Assembly: GCA_036785375.1 (NCBI GenBank)
Contig: JAWMAR010000063.1
Location: 7,068,001-7,132,000, forward strand
From: Leucoraja ocellata
Taxonomy: Eukaryota
Length of the DNA: 64,000 bases
Direction of reading: 5' to 3'
Below the pieces are notes generated by a model. It made no database searches. It was not told where the DNA came from and saw only the letters and a program-made list of their open reading frames with translations. The translations under genes were made by a program, and so were the position numbers. Below, piece after piece: positions 36,529 through 48,904 of this stretch. Each line of letters opens with the position of its first letter. Position 1 is the stretch's first letter.

Positions 36529-39500
36529 CTTCCAAGTTTGGACCTTCATTTAGTGTACTCGCACCTTTCTGAAAGTACATGACTTTCTTTCAGTCATAAA
36601 GCTCTGATGTAGACATTGCTTACGACTTCTTAGTCGCAGTTCAAGATTTGGCTGCTGTGTCTTGCCAGCAGACTCCACCAACCATCTATCATTGAATCTA
36701 GGAGGAGGTTCAGCATAGGTAGAGCCTCACCTCTGTGCTGAGCATGGAGCTGATGGCGAGGACAGAGGAGACTATCTCCTGCCTTTCGTGATATGAGATG
36801 TATAAAAGTAAGTTCTGTTCTTTGGGTGTAATACTTGGATTTGTCAGGGCAATGAAGAAACAGATGCTGTACACAGCAGGTGCCTTGACAGAGCTACAGT
36901 GTTATCATCAGTGTGTCCTCAATCAGCAAGCATCTGTTGCCAATTGTCATTCACAACCAGAAAGAAACGCTATCTCTGTGCATTCACACTTTCACTAATA
37001 AGGCACGTTTACAATGACTGGAGATTGGCGATTTCAGAAGTTGGTATCGCTAGCTATTTTATTGAACACTTAAAAATTCCTTGATAACTTTCTCTTTGAT
37101 GCCTGCATAATGTGTGGAAATTACATTCATTTCATTTTGTATACAATTGATTTTGCATGTATATCCCTCTTCAGACATCAGCTGTTCCAACAGATTATAT
37201 AAAGGTCTAGATAACACTGTTGCGTCACTTGCTGTTCCAAGGTTCTCAGGACAGAGGATGTTGCTGGCAACGCCTGTTCACAAATGCATGGTTTGTTCTT
37301 AATGCTCCCTTTTGCAACCTGGCCATATTTAAGAGTTGCACGTCATGATGGTGACCTGCAAACAGATGTTTCCCTATTTGTTGGAAAAGTGCCGTGACTA
37401 GAGTATCACGAACATAGTTCAAATAACCTGGTTCATCCTTAATATCTACATTTAGGGATATGGCATGTAGAGACGGAGACGGAGACGGAGATAGAACAAT
37501 AGAAATTGTGAGACAGAAAGAGGCGGGGAGATAGACGTTTATTTTGGGACCGAGATCTCTATCAGATCTGACGAACAGTTTAAAATTTTTGTTCATCATT
37601 AATTGATGTTGGCAATCCCAGAACTATGGGTCACGGCTAGATTGTGCACTATAATTGTTGATCATCCCTCGTCTGACAAATTTGTTCACCAAGAGTAGTG
37701 TACTGAATAGGTATAACTGTGACTGTGAAGGTTATTAAAATGTGATATACGCCAGGACATTCCATCCAGAGACATCAAGATTTTCCAGGAGAATAAAGGT
37801 GGAATATCTCAGTTTCAAGATAATGAAGTGTAGTCATGTGGAGGGAGCCAACAGCAATAATTCGTATTCACGTACTAGTTCTAACACAACAACAATGAAT
37901 AATTATCAAGCAAACATGGACACAATGAAATTCTTGGACTGCTCTTTCATCAGAGGAGCGAGTCTGAAGATGTATCTTAAAAAAGGCGAGAGAAAATGAG
38001 AGAGGTTGTTGAGGTTTGGTGAGTCAACTCCAGAGGTAAGGTCTTGTTGAATGACAGTGAAACTAAGATCAAGCACATTCTGCCATGCTTTCTGGTTGAG
38101 TCTCAGAAGATTACAAAGAAGTAGAAGGGTGAAGCCGTGGATGTTGAACTCTGCAGGCTGGAAACTAAAATATGGTTAGAGGACTTCTGATATTTATCCA
38201 ATTATCCCACTGTGAAGTGCCTTGAGATGCCACATTAAAGGCACTGTTATAAATGGAAGCTGATATCTGTCCTTGTTAACAAGATGAGAACAGATGGGAG
38301 ACAATCAGCTGCGGAAGGCAAAAGCAACAAAGCTTGGTCCCAAATGTCAAGAGTCTGAGTTGTGACAAGAAAAATCTTGGGCTGTTGAGTTGGGATGTCA
38401 ATAAGGTGATCTTATTGAGTCATGTGAAATAATAAGTGATATGGAAAAGGCTAATGGCTCTGTGAATAAACTGTGGAGGCTGTAAAAGGTTCAAGCTATT
38501 TGGCAGCAATTTAAGACAGAGAATGATGAGAAGTGAGATTGGGCTTTCAGGGAATGTAGCAGGGGCAATAAACTTTCTTTCAAAGGCATTATTGGTGGGA
38601 GAGTAGGCTATTTAAAATGGTTACATAAAGACAGGGTAAATTGTCTTCATTGGCCAAAGGCCTCATGGTCTTTAAGAAAAGATTTTTTGGCCCGGAAAAG
38701 TACGTACCATATAATTTTATCAATAAAGATTGTGCTAATATAACCGTTTCATTACATTAAGCAGTCTATGTCACTCAAGTTACCAACTAGTTTCTCGAAT
38801 CTAAAGTCATTTCCTTGTTGAAGGTCACTCGCGCAACTTTCTGTGAAAGATCTAATAACTGCGACAATTTAATTTCAATAGGATGATCCAAATGAATGGT
38901 TCCCTTCCATACTTTTGGATTGAATTATACTTAGTTATTTGTAGAATCAATAAGTGAAGCTCAATGTGCCGAGATCAAAGAGACATGCAAGCATGCAAAA
39001 ATGAGGCATGAAATGGCAAGGGGAAACAGCTCTGACAGGACTATGATCACAATGCCCATGAACAATCTTAGGCAGGATAAAATGTAACAACATTGCCCTT
39101 CCGTCTCCTCCTCCCTTCCCCATGACAGATCCATTTACTGATAGAGTTAGTTTCCTTTTGAGTGAATTGAAATGTTGCTGACTGCAAGACTGTCTGATTC
39201 AAACAATTCAATTATACACTGATTGACTCACCAACATACAGGTTTTCATAAACAAAGCTTTTCCTGCAGTCATAAATGGGATCATGTGGAGCTGTGGCCA
39301 AAACGACATCAAATGCACAGCTCTCAGCATGACACACTTTACATTGTATCAAAGAGATTAGAATGACTCGGGCTAAAGAAATACTTAGAATGAGTGAGGA
39401 AAACAATATCGAAAGAGGGAAACATATATAGCTGTAATGGGGCCATGTGTGGCAAGCTTTCATGCTGATCACCATAGGCCGCTAGATTTTGTCCACAGTA

Positions 39501-39664
39501 AATACAATGGATTACGTTTATTTAGTGCTTTTGATAACTTTGGGATTTTAAATTTTTTAAATGTAGGTGCTGCGTAATATAGACCCGCACAGGAGACAGG
39601 GAGTGGGAAGTTCTGGGTATATTTTAATAAAATGTTATATATTTTATAAAATAAGTCCATTCAG

Positions 39665-39790
39665 AGAGGCACGGTGGCGCAGTAGTAGAGTTGCTGCCTT
39701 ACAGCACCAGAGACCCGGGTTTGATCCCAACTATGAGTGCTGACAACTGGACCTATTTCCATGCTGTATCTCTAAACTAAAACTGAAAAC
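39665..39790 (+). mobile_element. Internally deleted HE1-type SINE
   Basis: ggcacggtggcgcagtagtagagttgctgccttacagcaccagagacccgggtttgatccc joined to cctatttccatgctgtatctctaaactaa. Confidence 0.85.
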
Positions 39791-40178
39791 TAGTAATCTA
39801 CAGAAACGGTTTGTAAAATTTATTACAAACATTGGTGTTTTCGAGGAAACTGTAATCACAAGTCTGGAAGAAAGCATTTGGATGGAATTTAACATTATTG
39901 GAAATTGTTTCCTTAAAGACTGCAGTCAGGATTGTGAGGTGCTCCATTGTGAGTATCCCACCCGGAAAATTCCCACGATCTCTACAGTTTCACTTCCAAC
40001 TTTTGCTGTCGGGCATTAGTTCAGTGAGATACCTGGCTGTCATCAAGCTGGCTGAGTATCCGATCACATTAAAAACCTTGTCGCATCAGAAACACTGAAG
40101 TCCCGGTCAGTTTCGACTGGAGTGGTAAGGAATGCCATCAGTTCAAATGCAAGGTCCAGGCCAACAAAGAATAACAGA

Positions 40179-40306
40179 AAATACAAGGAACTGAGGAAGT
40201 TGGAATTTTGAGCAAAACTCGAAGTGCTGCAGTAACTCAGCAGGTCAGACAGCATCTGTGGATGGAATGGACCGGCACCATTTTTCAGGTCAGGACCCTT
40301 CTTCAG
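40179..40306 (-). mobile_element. PLE-derived repeat flanked by 11-bp duplication AGAATAACAGA
   Basis: Duplication at 40168-40178 and 40305-40315; minus-strand CTGAAGAAGGGTCCTGACCTGAAA core. Confidence 0.75.
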
Positions 40307-40980
40307 AATAACAGACCTGGGAAAGAATAACAGGTCTTATCTTGCCTGAAGATAGATAAAAGCCCATCTCTCATTGGATGGGAGATTGTTCATCTCTCCT
40401 GTCTATGAACAAGATATTTCATATTAAGAAAGACAGCAGCTATGAGTAAAGTGCAAAACCAGTCTGGTCAAAAAGAGGAAACTTTTGTGAATTTTAGGGT
40501 TGAGGTAGATTAGGTGTTAAACACAGTCTAAAGTAACCTACTAAGAGTAGCATATCCATAGATTTAACTTACCTTGTGGAAACAATTTCATTGATTGAAA
40601 TAAGTAAATCTGATCACAACCACCGCCCTACACGAACCTTAGTAATAAAATAAAACAATTTAAAAATTCATATTAGTGTCACCTTACCAAATGTTTCGTC
40701 CATTCACTACTAGAGAGATTGAAGAATCAAATGTAAGGTCAACTTGACTATTACTTTAGAGTACATGTGTATCATTTAATAAGCCTGGGTTACATCATTG
40801 TACAGTCAATTACTGGGCAAGGTATAATTACAGGATTGTAGCATTTTTACATCAGTTATCAGCACTGATATATCACAGTGTCTACTTAGGAAGTCTTGGT
40901 ACATTGGAAGCACAAAGCGACCAAGACTTAACACCATGGGAGAGTTGCTGCCTTGCTCCGCTTATATCTCTGTCATTCTA

Positions 40981-41162
40981 TGTGTAGGAAACCGAAGATA
41001 GACACAAAAAACTGGAGTAACTCAGCGGGACAGGCAGCATCTCTGCAGCGAAGGAATGGGTGACATTTCGGGTTGAGACCCTTCTTCAGACTGTCACCCA
41101 TTCCTTCTCTCCCGAGATGCTGCCCGTCCACTGAGTTACTCCAGTTTTTTGAGTCTATCTTC
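40981..41162. mobile_element. Fold-back pair of PLE-derived repeats with hammerhead core at the centre
   Basis: gaagatagacacaaaaaactggagtaactcag...ggaatgggtgac / gtcacccattcc...ctgagttactccagttttttgagtctatcttc; core on minus 41062-41089 CUGAAGA A GGGU CUCA ACCC GAAA UGUC. Confidence 0.85.
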
Positions 41163-41674
41163 TGGGATTCTTTAGACGTTGCTAAGATGAGTCCATTTAA
41201 AATCAGACAATAATAACTGATACCTTAATAGGCGGAACTGTCAGAGAGAAATTTAGGAGCTGACAGTATGGATAAAACTTAGTAACACTATTGAAGATAA
41301 TACATTAATTCAGTTCCCCAAACTGTTTGGCATTGCAAGTTCGCCAATGTTCCCAGGCCTGGTTGCAAATATTTATTCATTAATAATTGAAAAACTGCTG
41401 AAGAAAATAAAATGGTAATTAAAAATAATGATAACCCTAGTAGCAATTGTTTAATTACAATTCGAAATTCTTAATGTCATTCAAGCATTCTTTGGACATT
41501 TATAGAAATATAGGAGTCTGTTTGCTTTGTAGGGCACTATTTAAAAAAACATAGATTTGGGTAGGGACATGTACAGGACACTATCTGCCACAACATCTCA
41601 CTACTCTATGCTGTTTTATTTAAGAAGAGTCATGCGTCTTTCACTAAGCTGTATAGAATAAGAAATTATGCTTA

Positions 41675-42190
41675 AGGACACAAAGTGTTAGAGTAACTGA
41701 ACGGGTCAGGCAGCATCTCTGGTGAAGATGGATAGGTGATGATAGGTAATCTCAGGTTGTTTGGGGAGGAGGGGGGAGGAGGAGAAAGCAGGGAGAGAGG
41801 AGAGGCAGGACAAAGGACAAAGTGTGGCAGGTAATATGCGGACTCGGGCGGGGGTGGGGTGGGGGGGGGGGGGGGGGGTGGGGGGTTGATAGATAGATGA
41901 TTGGAACAAAGACCAGAGAATTAAGCTGAAGATGTGAGAAGGAAGAATTGAATAAATGCAAATTATGAAGCCAGAGGGAGGGGGAAGGGGAGGAGAGAAA
42001 TAAGCATGAGTCCAGGTGAGGCACGGGGGAAGGGGATGTGGGTGAGGGGAGGAGAAAGTTTCTCCAGTTTGGTTGTGGCCTCACTCTGGGAGTGGAGGAG
42101 GCCCAGGTCAGAAAGGTCAGCATGGGAATGGGAAGAGGCGTTAAAATGGTTAACAACCAGGAGGTCCAGTATGCCTCGGGGGACCGAGCC
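41675..42190 (-). mobile_element. Penelope-like element 3' end: GIY-YIG endonuclease remnant, pyrimidine-rich 3' UTR and terminal repeat
   Basis: LDLLVVNHFNASSHSHADLSDLGLLHSQSEATTKLE (ORF 41963-42232) matches recalled PLE endonuclease C-terminus (VAxHFNSxSHSH..L.VLGLLHCQSEA.RKLEE); terminal repeat at 41675-41745. Confidence 0.85.
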
Positions 42191-44589
42191 TTGCCTTTGC
42201 AGTCTCACTAGCGGCATTCCAAAAACTGGCATGTCAGGCCTGATGCTGTGCTCAGGTCCTGGAGTGGTGTGAGGTTTAAATGTACTCCTGATTCAGAGGG
42301 GCAAAGTCGTGCACTAGATGGAGAATTGCAGGCAAACTCCGCACCCCAACGTGGCAAGCACGAGAAACACGCCATGATTGTGTCGCCATCTGGTCCGAGG
42401 CTGTCTCTTAATTTCCCACTGGCTGTAGCTTTTATTTAGTTTTGACATTTAATCAATATTAGCAATCAAAGCATATTTTCCAAGGAGTTTACTATGATGA
42501 TCTATTGATTCATGTGGAAATATTAATTAATGAAATATGAAGTCAGATTGCAATAGGATCAGGAGATTGACAATATTGGGGTAAAGTATATTGTCAACAA
42601 ACTGTCATATTAACATTCCCATGTTAATATGTCACTCTTTATTCCTGCAAATTCCCAGTAACTGGGCAAATAAAAGATACCCCGACTTTTATGAGGTATT
42701 TATCAAAAGGACAAAAAGATTGCAATTGTGTTTGAAAGAGAACTCAAAAACTTCACGTTAGAATGAATAAATCAGACCACATTATACGTATTCTTACACT
42801 AAGAATAGGAGTCCTGTCTGTATAAACTGTCATTGTCTCAGCAGAGAAGCAGTCGTTCATATCCCCATGTAAGCTCGTATTTTGATACACTGGTTAGTGA
42901 ATTGCTTTAACAGGCATGCAAATAAATCAGTTCTACCACGAGCTACAACATTTAGTCATTGAAATCTTCTAAAAGTTAAAATCTTCAGAACACTATGTTG
43001 CATAATGTGTACTCTGCAAAGCAGCCAAATTGAATAGTGTTTTGGAACACACTGAGTTCACACCTAAATATGGCCTCGGGAAATGGCAATGTCCCCTTGA
43101 AGATATATATAGATTTTGCAGAGTATAACTCACCATTAATTAAATATTATAGCTGTAGTTTCACAGTATCATTGATGTACTTTCAATCCTGCTTTCTACC
43201 AGGAGTGTTATTCTTAAATAATTCAGTTGTGTAGCATTAATACCAGCTGGAATTAAAGAATAATGAGGTATTAAACTGACTCTACATAATGGATAAATAA
43301 TTGAACAATTAGAATTTACAAAGGTGGAGATATGGCATTAATTGCAACAAATGCCATGCAACACTCAACACACATGACAACGCTGCAATATTTACTTTGC
43401 ACTGAAGATAAATTGTATCCCTTCTTCTTCTTCAGAGAAATGACTTTTTTCTCCATAATCTAACAGCATCCTTGTGAGGCGATGTCTGTGTGTCTACAGC
43501 AAATTAAAATATATCAGAAGTGTTTTTAACAAGTGCAATGCACTGCAGTTTGCTACTGGGTAGTACACATTTCCACATGTTCTGAAATGATATCTGAATA
43601 AAATTGGATATGCCTAAAGGTTAGACATCATCTGAAAGGCAAATTAACACTTTGTGTGGAAACGTTGGTTTGATTCTGAATACATCTGCAAGTAGTCACA
43701 ATAAAAGAACTCCATTCTCTCTAAACAGTATCTCGCAATTCTGGGAGCAGCCTCGGATACACTGAAGTTCCCAGAAGCTCACTTCCTCATTATGGTACTG
43801 TTCTTCACTGCTCCGTTGAGATAATAAGTTATTCAGCAGGGCCTCTGGAAGATATTCTAACCCCCTCTGCTTGAATGGCAGTAGCCTTTCTAGTGAAGGA
43901 AGACACGCTATGTTGGAAGGACTCTATGGGGCCAGCAGTACCTCTGCAGACAAAGGGATGGTTGAAGTTTTGAGTTGACACCTTGCACCAGGACTCAGAG
44001 TGTAGAGGGAAGAGAGCCAACACGTACAAGAGAGAGGGAGGGAGGTGGAACCAGATAAGGGGGAGAAAAATGGAAATATCAGTGAAGGTACTTCTATAAT
44101 GGTGCTAGTAATTGAGTAACCAATTCTGGATCCAATGGCAAAGAAGCTACAGTAGTATATTTCCAAGTAAAGATGGTACATGACTTGCAGGCGATGATGA
44201 CCTTGTTCCCTTGCCACCATTATTCTTTTAGCTGTTAGATGTTGTGGTTTGGGGGATTGTTCGTGAGTCGCCTAGCCACAGTGTAATATGACAAAAGTAA
44301 CAAATACTGGAATTACTCTGCCAGTCAAGCAGCATCAACGGAAAGAGTGAACGGCAAATGCTAATTCTGTCTCCTGCCTCTTCAGATGCTGCCCAAGCTA
44401 CTTGGTCATTTTATTTTCTGTCTTCTGTTCAGATGTCCCACAGTTTATAATTATATTTTGAATTCCTGCTAGAAACGCAACCGTGTGAAGAAATGGGCTC
44501 AATCCTGATGGTCCCTTAATTAAATATTTGACAGTTGACAGAGATATTAAGGTCATTATTGATCACTTAAACAGCACTACCTAAATCAG

Positions 44590-44900
44590 TTTATCTGTTC
44601 ATTTATCTCGTTGTTGTTTTGTGGGACCCTGTTGAGCGTATATTGACTGGCATGTTATCGATTTTATTTAAGCATAGCATGCAGACATTACTGAGAAGCC
44701 CTGCGTTAATTTCCCTTTAAATGGTGGTTCTGAGCCGGTTTCCTGAACTGCTGCAGCCCATGTGGTGAATGTACCCCCACAGTGCTGTTAGTTAGGAGAG
44801 ACTCCTGTGTTACAACATTGTCTACACTTCAAAAGTAGTTAATTGGCCGTAAAGCACTTTAGGAAATCCTGAGGTCATGTGAGGTGCTATATAAACCCAA
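44590..44900 (+). mobile_element. Deu-domain SINE (SacSINE/AmnSINE-like) 3' relic interrupted by a LINE 3' fragment
   Basis: ttgtgggaccctg... and acacttcaaaagtagttaattggccgtaaagcacttt...ctgaggtcatgtgaggtgctatataaa resemble the recalled DeuSINE tail; similar relics at ~38200, ~42230, ~49570, ~57850. Confidence 0.55.
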
Positions 44901-45127
44901 ACCCGTGGTCTCTCTTGCCGGAGAGCATGCATTGCCGATGATATTATGCCTAAGTGGGAAACCAGGAAAAAAGAATGCGGAGGATCACTGAGGAAATACA
45001 TTGTTTTGACATACACACTCCCATGTGATTTATTTCTGAAAAAAAAAGTTTTAATATTTCATTTAATTTTACATTGTTCTCCAAATCGTTGCTTTTTTGG
45101 CAGTAAATGGTGCCTGTACAACATTGC

Positions 45128-45167
45128 TTCTGGCCCAATATTTAACTCGTGTAATATTGGGCCAGAA
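45128..45167. repeat. 15-bp perfect inverted repeat, 10-nt spacer
   Basis: TTCTGGCCCAATATT taactcgtgt AATATTGGGCCAGAA. Confidence 0.9.
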
Positions 45168-45231
45168 CAACATTTCAAAAATGGTTAAAATAACCCTCTG
45201 TTCAAATGGTATTTTTTTAATAATATACCTC

Positions 45232-45298
45232 AGATTCAGATTCAATTTTAATTGTCATTGTCAGTGTACAGTACAGAGACAACGAAATGCATTTAGAA
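45232..45298 (-). mobile_element. Rex1-type LINE tail fragment
   Basis: tcagattcagattcaattttaattgtcattgtcagtgtacagtacagagacaacgaaatgcatttag. Confidence 0.6.
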
Positions 45299-45644
45299 AC
45301 GCAAGAAAATCCAAGTGATTAATAGTTCCATTTTAACTACCCGCCCAACATATAAAATAATTGGAGAACGATCTTTTGACACAAGATAGTTCCATTGTGA
45401 GACAGAAGTGTGTAGCAATGGTCCCATTGATTGTAATTCACTTATTTTCCTTACTCACTCCTGGGTAGTGGATATCACCAGGAAAGGTTAGCATTTATCG
45501 ATCTATAGAAGGTGGCGGTGAACTGCTGCCTTGAACAAGTGTGATCCATGGATGAAGGTACTCCCCAGGGTGCTGTTAGATTCGGAGTTCCAGGACTTTT
45601 ATCCCCAGCCACGAAGAATGAAGAACACTGTATTTCAAAAGGTA

Positions 45645-45787
45645 CACAAAAATGCTGGAGAAACTCAGCGGGTGCAGCAGCATCTATGGAGCGAAGGAAA
45701 TAGGCAACGTTTCGTCCCAAAACGTTGCCTATTTCCTTCGCTCCATAGATGCTGCTGCACCCGCAGAGTTTCTCCAGCATTTTTGTG
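45645..45787. mobile_element. Near-perfect PLE-derived fold-back (68-bp arms, 7-nt loop)
   Basis: Arms 45645-45712 and 45720-45787 differ at one position; inserted beside an old LINE 3' fragment (45480-45630). Confidence 0.9.
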
Positions 45788-46302
45788 AATCTCCTCAATG
45801 TATTTAAAAACTCAGGATGGTATGTGACAATTCTTTCATATTTATTCATCAGATTTTGGTGTAGCTACAGGCCAAACATTTATTTCCCACGCAAACTTAC
45901 CCTTGAACTAAAAAGTTTGCAAGGCCATTCCAGACAAAAGTCAACCACACTGAGGTAACATAAAAGCCAGAGTTGACATTCCATTTCCTTCCCTAAAGGA
46001 CATTAGGGGAGTAATGGTCCGATTAAACGTTTCTTCTTCTTCGTGGGCTGGATGTACAACAGCAATTTTCCACTTTGACAGATAGATTCCTCAGTTGGAG
46101 TTGCACTGGAATAGCTTAGCTTGACATGTAGCTTGGCAGAGATCCCCAGCACCACAATGGAGAGGGTGTCAGGGCTCCGTAGCCTTTGTTGGTTACATTG
46201 CTGGATTGGTCATCTAGAGGCACGGGCTAATGCTCCAGAGGCAGGGATTCAAATCTCACCAGAGTAACTCTAGATTTTATGTATGATTAAATAAATAAAC
46301 AT

Positions 46303-46588
46303 GTTTAGTTTAGTTTAGTTTAGTTTAGAGATACAGTGTGCAAACAGGCCCTTCGGCCCACTAAGTCCGTGCTGACCAGCGATCCCCACACATTAACACC
46401 ATCCTACACACACTAGGGACAATTTACACATACACCAAGCCATACCTGTACGTCTTTGGAGGAAACCGAAGATCTCAGAGAAAACCTACGCAGGTCACGG
46501 CAAACAGCACCCAGTAGTCGGGATCGAACCCAGGTCTCTGGCGCTGCAAGCGCTGTAAGGCAGCAACTCTACTGCTGCACTACCATGT
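46303..46588 (-). mobile_element. HE1-type SINE with (TAAAC)n tail
   Basis: (gttta)n gagatacag...aaacaggcccttcggccc...gggatcgaacccaggtctctggcgctg...ggcagcaactctac. Confidence 0.9.
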
Positions 46589-46694
46589 GCATGAATCCCT
46601 TGACCAAGAATCCCTTGCAAATAAGAAAGTTTGCCTTCCCACTCCATCAGGACTGTATATGACTCCATCCCCATGGCCATGTCATTGACTCTTA

Positions 46695-47826
46695 AAGGGC
46701 CTGTCCCACTTAGGCGACTTCTTTGGCGAGTGCAGGAGACTCTGCGCTAGCCACAAGACCGCCACATGGTCGCAGGTGGTCTCCTTCATGGTCGGGAGGG
46801 TTTCCCACATTCTGAGAACTAGTCGCGGCATCAATATGTTCGCCGAAAATATTTCAACATGTTGAAAATTTTTCTGCGACCAAAAACTGGTTGCCATGGA
46901 GAAAATCGATGCTTTTGTAGTCGTAGGTCTAATCGTAGTGGGGTCATAGGTAGTCATAAGTAGTCGTAGGTGGTCTTAGTTAATCGCCTTTGCTGACCAA
47001 TCATTTTCATTGGCTCATTGAGAAAAAAAAGGTATGTAAACAGCAGCACGTGATTCGCTGTCATTCCGGTGCGCGGTCAGCGCGCAATTTTTCTTTCAGT
47101 GGATCAGACGGTGTGAGACGTGGCTCTGAGGAGAAGGCTTCAGCGCAGGGGCACGGCACAACCCTCAACACCACCCACCATGCTGTTATCAACATTTGTT
47201 TGTTTATTAGACTTTTGTATTTTTCATTAACAATAAAGGAAATCCCTGACTTTTTAACCTCAAATTGATGTATGAATATCATTATTTTTCATAGCAGTTC
47301 CTCATGTCATCACTTATATCTCATATTCCATTTCTCATATATTTAGGTCATTGAAACCCACGCAAATGCAAGGAAGGAATGCATTATATTTAAAGTTTGA
47401 CTTTTCACATTTATTTTGATGAAGAAAACAGACATAGGCACTTCAAATGCACTGCATTTAAAAGGATTTTATTTTTATACATCTCGAACAAGCAATACAC
47501 TGAATTTAAAAGAACATGTTTGAAAAATCTAACGTCATTTTTTTAGTTGATCTTACGACTATAGAGTCGTAGCCAGTCGTAGCTTGTCGTAGCTTGCTTT
47601 CTGTGATCGTGGGCATAGTTGTCTGTAAGTTGAAGGTGGCGTTTTCAGTCCCCACTATTGGGTCGCCAATTGTCACGAGTGCATCGGCGGTTAAGTCGTA
47701 TATAGTCGTAGCTTGTCCTACATAGTCGTAGGATGCGTTTGATACATTCACTTTTTCGGCGATTCACCAAGACTATGACAGTCGCCTGCACTCGCAAAAG
47801 AAGTCGCCTAAGTGGGACAGGCTCTT
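46695..47826. mobile_element. PIF/Harbinger-like non-autonomous element (~1.13 kb)
   Basis: TIRs AAGGGCCTGTCCCACTTAGGCGACTT / AAGTCGCCTAAGTGGGACAGGCTCTT, flanked by TA; subterminal gtcgtag repeats at both ends. Confidence 0.9.
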
Positions 47827-47879
47827 TACTGTCCATCTGATATGCACCAATCAAACACATTGAGCAGGCCTTTTGTGTT

Positions 47880-48545
47880 TAAAAATCTATATCTCCTTCT
47901 TAAACATGCTCAGTAACATGTCCCACACAGTTTTCTATGGTTGAAAATTCCACAAATTTGTTATACTCTTTGTGAAGACATTTCTCCTCGTCTCAGTCCT
48001 AAATGTCTTACTCCTAAATCCTAAATTATGACCCTTTATTCAAGATGCTCATCTGCACCTCACCAATGCCAAGGAAACATCTTCATTGCACCCAGCATTG
48101 TATGGCTCAATAAAATCCCCATGTCTTTATAAACTCTTCTGAATGCAGGTCTGATTGAACCCATCTCTCCTAATATGATAGTCCCACCACCCACAGGAAT
48201 CAGTCTGGTGAATCGTCATGCAGTCCCTCTATGGTCATTTTTTTTTTTTGAGTTAAGGTTTCAAGTAGCTTTACAAATATAGTAAGATGCATTGATACTG
48301 TACCCAGAATATCTTGCAATGAAGGCCAACATACCATCTGCCTTCTTAATTGCTTGCTGCTTCTGTATGTTTGCTTTCAGTGATTGTTGTTCAAGGATAC
48401 CCAGATCTCTTTGTACATCAGCATTTCCCACTCTGTCATCATTTGGATAATAGTCTTCATTTCTGTTTTCCTACTATAGTGAATAACCACGTTTATCAAT
48501 ATTATAGGATCTGACACTTGTTTAACCAATCAACCAATTGTAAAT
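47880..48545 (-). mobile_element. Old CR1 ORF2 3' region
   Basis: gtgaagacatttctcctcgtctcagtcctaaat...caggaatcagtctggtgaatc...gcaatgaaggccaacataccatctgccttcttaattgcttg. Confidence 0.8.
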
Positions 48546-48904
48546 GTATCGGTCCACTTGTCTATTAGGAGTGACCATCATAAAGTCCTTAAGATGTCAA
48601 ACTCTATCTTCAAATGGAGGTCACTTTCGACTATGTTGTAATGTTACTACCACTGTGCTAAATGAGACATCCTCTGAACAGATTACTAGATTACTAGAAA
48701 TACTCTAGGCACAATCTGTACCCTCAAGATGAAGCATATTTCTCAGTCTAGTGTTGCTATCCAGCTAGTAGCCGAACTGGTTTAACGAGGAGTACAGAAG
48801 GATAAAACAAGACCTAAAAACAAAATGACAACCTGGTGAAGCTACAACACACATTAGAGAAGAAAAAGCAGAATTCTGCAGATTGAATGAATCAAAATTA
48901 TCTG

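Noticed and set aside
37530-37570. Possible additional hammerhead on minus (ctgatagagatctcggtcccaaaataaacgtc)
   Set aside because: Core too degenerate and flanks lack the family sequence.
39665-39735. tRNA-like A/B box sequences
   Set aside because: These are HE1 SINE heads and do not form a complete cloverleaf; no tRNA or rRNA gene was found.
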